64,000 nucleotides of DNA from an uncultured bacterium (GTDB taxonomy: Bacteria > UBA8481): NCBI GenBank assembly GCA_964499705.1, contig CAZCME010000001.1, positions 197,243 to 261,242 on the forward strand, given 5' to 3'. Position numbers and translations under genes: made by a program. Under the pieces are notes generated by a model, which saw only the letters and a list, made by a program, of their open reading frames with translations, was not told the DNA's origin and ran no database searches. The stretch's first letter is position 1. Each line of letters starts with the position of its first letter. Of the stretch, positions 60,235-64,000 are shown one piece after another.

Positions 60235-61923
60235 GTGTCGAGCGTGGAGACGGGCTCTTCGGCAACCCGCGGAATTCGGGTGATCCTGCTCGCCTTTCTC
60301 CTTTGCCTCCACCTGGCTATCGCGCTTCACAGCATGTGGTATTCATCCGCGACTTTTGACGAGCCGGATTGCGTCGGTGTCGGCAGATTTCTCTACGAGA
60401 CGGGCTATTGGGATGTCACGGTGGCCCGCATCAACACGCCCTTCGTCTTCTACGCGCAGAGCCTGCCGACATTCCTCATCGACATCCCCGGCGATGTCTG
60501 GAAGGTGCCGCGCGATCGCGTCGTCGCCTACGATGACGAGGTGGGCGGTAGAATCCTGTACGGGGAATCGGGCGATCCGATGACGGTCCTTCGAATCGCC
60601 CGTCTCCCCACACTGGTCTTCTCCGTCCTGCTCCTGGTGATCGTCTTTCTCTGGACGGAATCGCTTTTCGGCCGGGCGGCTGCTGGAATCGCCGGCCTTG
60701 TGTACGCGCTGGAACCCAACGTCCTCGCCGCGGCGAGGCTTGTGACCGGAGACATGTTTTCGGCGCTCTATTTCACGGCGCAATTCTGGACGCTGGATCT
60801 CTTGAGGAGAAAGTTCAGCTGGAAGATGTTCGGCGTGGCGGCGCTCATGTCCGCGGCGTCACTGTCGGCGCGCTTGAACGGCTTCTTCATGCTTCCGCTC
60901 GGTCTCGTGTTTCTTGTCGTCATCCTGAAGCGATCCGTTCCGGCAGTCCCGCATCGACTGGCCGCCCTCGCGGTATACGGGCTCCTGCCGTTTCTGCTTC
61001 TCTGGGCGCTCTATGGTTTCTCCGTCGGTCCGCCCCTGGCCGCCGGCGGCAGGGGCGATGTTCTCGATGCGACCCTGGCGCGCCTGCCGCCCGCCGTGGC
61101 CGGTATTGCTCGAGACGTGCTGGATCGATCATGGCCGATGCCGCAATATGCCGCCGTCTGGGCGAACATGCTGGCCCTTGCGCGCCGCGGATTTCCCGCG
61201 TTCCTGCTGGGAGAATTCCGCGATACCGGATGGTGGTACTATTTTCCGGTCGCCTTTCTCGTCAAAACCCCGATTCCGCTCCTGCTTCTCTTTCTCGCGG
61301 GAATCTGGATCTGCGCCCGATCTCTGGACCGATCCGCATTTGCGCTTCTCCTCCTGCCCGTCCTTGCGACCGTGGTCCCCGCCATGGCGGGAGGCCTGAA
61401 CTATGGATTTCGCCATATGCTCCCGGCGATGCCATTCCTGATCACCATCGCCGCCGGCGCCGCCGCGCGCGCTCGGACGCGGCACTATCGGAAGATCATT
61501 CTCATTCTTCTCGTCTGGCTCGTGATCGGCGCCGCGCGTGTTCATCCGAGTCACCTCTCGTACTTCAACGAGATCGCGGGCGGTCCGGAAGGAGGAGAAG
61601 AATGGCTGTCGGACTCGAATATCGACTGGGGGGAAGACTACGTCCGGCTGGCCGAGTATCAGCGCCGGATGGGAATCGAGGTTCTTCAGTTCGCTCCTTA
61701 TCCGATCATTCCTCCGGAAGTGTACGGCGTGTGTTTTCGCAGGCCGGCCGGTCCCGTCAGGGGAATCATGGCGGTGGAGGTCATGGCGCAGCAGTTCGCG
61801 CGGCGGCGGCCGGATAATCCGCTGGCCTGGCTGGACTCGCACAAGCCGATCGACCGCGTGGGAGGAAGCATCAAGATCTACAGGGTTGAGCCGGGTGACG
61901 CTACGGCGGTCAGCGGCCGATAG
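60235..61923 (+). CDS. ArnT/GT39-like GT-C glycosyltransferase
   Basis: SATFDEP acidic loop, LEPNVLA..RLVTGD, WWYYFPVAFLVKTP, RHMLP, LSYFNEIAGG...LSDSNIDWG. Confidence 0.8.
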   Translation: MSSVETGSSATRGIRVILLAFLLCLHLAIALHSMWYSSATFDEPDCVGVGRFLYETGYWDVTVARINTPFVFYAQSLPTFLIDIPGDVWKVPRDRVVAYDDEVGGRILYGESGDPMTVLRIARLPTLVFSVLLLVIVFLWTESLFGRAAAGIAGLVYALEPNVLAAARLVTGDMFSALYFTAQFWTLDLLRRKFSWKMFGVAALMSAASLSARLNGFFMLPLGLVFLVVILKRSVPAVPHRLAALAVYGLLPFLLLWALYGFSVGPPLAAGGRGDVLDATLARLPPAVAGIARDVLDRSWPMPQYAAVWANMLALARRGFPAFLLGEFRDTGWWYYFPVAFLVKTPIPLLLLFLAGIWICARSLDRSAFALLLLPVLATVVPAMAGGLNYGFRHMLPAMPFLITIAAGAAARARTRHYRKIILILLVWLVIGAARVHPSHLSYFNEIAGGPEGGEEWLSDSNIDWGEDYVRLAEYQRRMGIEVLQFAPYPIIPPEVYGVCFRRPAGPVRGIMAVEVMAQQFARRRPDNPLAWLDSHKPIDRVGGSIKIYRVEPGDATAVSGR

Positions 61924-62659
61924 AAGGAGCTCGCATGCGGAAGATGACATATCGGAACCAGAGATACCATATGTGAACGATCATCTGCACGCCGATCACA
62001 AATGCGGTCCATGTGCTCGACGTCAGTCCCGGCCGACCGATGCGCGGGCGAAAATGGAGCGGGATCTCGACGACTTTGCCGTGGCGGATCATGTGGAACA
62101 TCATCTCGGGGGAGAAGTGCGAGCCTCCCACGGTGAAAAAAACGCGAATCCTTTCGTAAAGACTTCGTCGTATGAGCCGCATTCCGCAGCCGACGTCCGT
62201 CAGGGACGGACGTCCCAGGAGCACCTCCATCATTTTCGCCGTTACCCAGTTGCCGTATTTCAGGAACGGCCCCATGTTCGCTCCATCCCAGATCATGGTG
62301 GTCGATGTGCGCGTGCCGAAGACCCCGTCGAATTCCTCTCCGTACAGAAGCAGCTTGTAAATGTCCTCGCCCCGGAATGTGAGGTTGGGAGGAGCGTGAA
62401 TCAGGAAATCGCCGGTGGCGGCCGCCAGCCCCGCCTGGACCGAGTAACCGTAACCCTGCCGGTCCACCTTCACCATTCTTACGCGCGGGTCTTCTTCCGC
62501 CGCGTCCCGAATCTCCGCGACGCTTCCGTCCGTGGAATTGTTATCCGTGACGATGATTTCGTCGACCTCGGGCAGGCCGAATTCCCGTATCGCCTGTCGG
62601 ATCGATCGTTCGTAGTTATAGCAGATGAGAATGACCGAGACGCGGCCGGACTTCCACAT
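61910..62659 (-). CDS. GT2 glycosyltransferase (polyprenol-phosphate glycosyltransferase-like)
   Basis: VILICYN, DNNSTDGS, GYGYSV, GCGMRL. The usual DxD reads PPN here. Confidence 0.8.
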   Translation of the reverse strand: MWKSGRVSVILICYNYERSIRQAIREFGLPEVDEIIVTDNNSTDGSVAEIRDAAEEDPRVRMVKVDRQGYGYSVQAGLAAATGDFLIHAPPNLTFRGEDIYKLLLYGEEFDGVFGTRTSTTMIWDGANMGPFLKYGNWVTAKMMEVLLGRPSLTDVGCGMRLIRRSLYERIRVFFTVGGSHFSPEMMFHMIRHGKVVEIPLHFRPRIGRPGLTSSTWTAFVIGVQMIVHIWYLWFRYVIFRMRAPSIGR

Positions 62660-63924
62660 TACTCGATATATCGCAGCGCGGGCACGGGCACGATGTAACG
62701 GCCTCCGGCCTGGGAGAATGCCGATGTCTTCGCGAGGATCTCGTCCACGAAGTTCCAGGCGAGAATCAGGAGATAATCGGGTCGCGCCGTTTCCAGCTCT
62801 TTTGCGCCGACGATCGGAATGCCCGTGCCCGGAGCCAGGCGTCCCTGCTTTTCGGGCGTGTCGTCGACGATATACCGGATCATGCCGCGATCGATTCCCG
62901 CGGAATTGAGGAGCGTCGCGCCTTTGGCGGACGCGCCGTATGCGGCGACTGTCCTGCCGTCCCCGATGAGGCGCATCATCGTCTCCCGGAGATCGCGCCG
63001 TATCGAATCAATCTGTCGCGCGAAATTCCGGTAGGGCGAATGCGTGTACAGGCCGGCTTCTTCCTCGAAGGAGAGCATGGCCTGCGCGGTTTCCGCATGG
63101 AAGGTCCGGCCGGATTTTCTCTTCAGGTAGACGCGGAGACCTCCGCCGTGGACAGGGATTCTCCGGACATATTTCGCTTCCAGCTCGTGGCGATCGGCCA
63201 GGCGAAGAAGCGGTCGGAGCAGGAAGTAGGAAAGATGCTCGTGGTAGATCGTGTCGAATTCGTTCTTTTCGATGAGATCCGCCATGTAGGGAACTTCCAG
63301 GACGAAGCATCCCTTCTCGTCCAGCGCGTCCGTGACGCCGCTCAGGAAATCATCAAGGTCGTCGACATGAGCGAAGACGTTCGTGGCCGTGATGAGGGCG
63401 GGTCGGCCCCATTGTTCCACAAGCGCCTTTGCCGTCGCGCGGCTCCAGAAGGCATTCATGGTATCGATGCCCCCCGCCCTGGCGATCTCCGCGATATTGG
63501 CCGCGGGTTCCACGGCAAGAGGTCGGAAACCTTCCGCGCGAAAGGCATGCAGGAGCGTGCCGTCGTTTCCTCCGATATCGACGACTAGCGCGCCGCGACC
63601 CGGGCGGGCGATCTTCTTCGCCTCGCGGGCGAACCACGAACAATGCCTCCGGAACGTTTCCGCGATCCCGGACCGGTACACATACCGCGAAAACATCCGT
63701 TCGGGAGAAACGACGGCGGAGAGTTGCGACAGGGAACATTCCTGGCAGAGCATCACGCAGAGCGGAATCCTCAGCTCGGGGCCGGTATCGGCCGGCTCTC
63801 GAAGGGCGTTCGCCAGCGGCATGTCACCGAGATCGAGGATCGGCACCAGATCCCGGCTCTCGCAGATGCGACAGGTGGAACGGATCCGATAGGGCGCGGC
63901 GTCAGGAGGCGAAAGCATGGACAC
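62659..63924 (-). CDS. NDP-hexose C-methyltransferase-like SAM methyltransferase
   Basis: Zn motifs CRIC and CQEC, DLGDMPLAN, DIGGNDG, DTIYHEHLSYF, YGASAKG, LAWNF. Start GTG 63924 or ATG 63918. The stop overlaps the GT2 start (TAATG). Confidence 0.88.
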   Translation of the reverse strand: MSMLSPPDAAPYRIRSTCRICESRDLVPILDLGDMPLANALREPADTGPELRIPLCVMLCQECSLSQLSAVVSPERMFSRYVYRSGIAETFRRHCSWFAREAKKIARPGRGALVVDIGGNDGTLLHAFRAEGFRPLAVEPAANIAEIARAGGIDTMNAFWSRATAKALVEQWGRPALITATNVFAHVDDLDDFLSGVTDALDEKGCFVLEVPYMADLIEKNEFDTIYHEHLSYFLLRPLLRLADRHELEAKYVRRIPVHGGGLRVYLKRKSGRTFHAETAQAMLSFEEEAGLYTHSPYRNFARQIDSIRRDLRETMMRLIGDGRTVAAYGASAKGATLLNSAGIDRGMIRYIVDDTPEKQGRLAPGTGIPIVGAKELETARPDYLLILAWNFVDEILAKTSAFSQAGGRYIVPVPALRYIE

Positions 63925-64000
63925 GCGCGCGGATCAGCATGAATGGAGCATATAAGAGGAGGTGATCGGAGGTCAATCCGGGATCCGAATATCGGAGCAT

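Noticed and set aside
24063-61923. Overlapping ends of convergent gene pairs (24063-24066, 50006-50009, 61910-61923)
   Set aside because: Common in compact GC-rich genomes, with no further signal.
63902-63952. TATGCT-N6-ATG (63940, minus strand) giving a 12-codon ORF overlapping the methyltransferase start
   Set aside because: It is out of frame with the gene, too short to judge, and at the window edge. It could be chance or a leader peptide.
57473-64000. Integrated element at tRNA-Gln
   Set aside because: I saw no integrase and noticed no duplicated tRNA 3' end in the window. It is kept only as a possible accessory block.

Overview
A 64-kb stretch of a GC-rich bacterial chromosome, probably diderm (outer-membrane barrel, lipoproteins). 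I cannot assign the taxon. It is mostly housekeeping: mutS-mutL, glyQ-glyS, mfd, surE-TPR-sppA, treY/treZ/glgA, a xanthine-dehydrogenase-family operon with a purine deaminase, a sugar ABC transporter, an LD-carboxypeptidase, an FtsB-like gene, tRNA-Arg(CCG) and tRNA-Gln(TTG). Surface-glycosylation genes are scattered through it: two tandem near-identical type IV pilins facing two YfhO-like GT-C genes, three more GT-C-like proteins, and a deacetylase/formyltransferase plus C-methyltransferase/GT2 block after tRNA-Gln. I saw no CRISPR array, rRNA, integrase or intact transposase. Main unusual signals: (1) an unannotated 111-aa gene resembling an IS200/IS605 TnpA that has lost the HUH histidines and the Tyr helix, with its own promoter and a perfect 64-bp heptamer-built palindrome at its 3' end; (2) a second AGGATG-rich inverted-repeat element; (3) an adenylate cyclase-pseudokinase-TPR protein with an intact kinase-TPR paralog; (4) a pervasive TAnnnT-N6-start leaderless promoter layout; (5) a sigma28-type promoter before a DUF5610-like gene next to a FliB-like gene; (6) several enzymes with altered catalytic residues. 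All family assignments come from motif recognition by eye; no database search was run.
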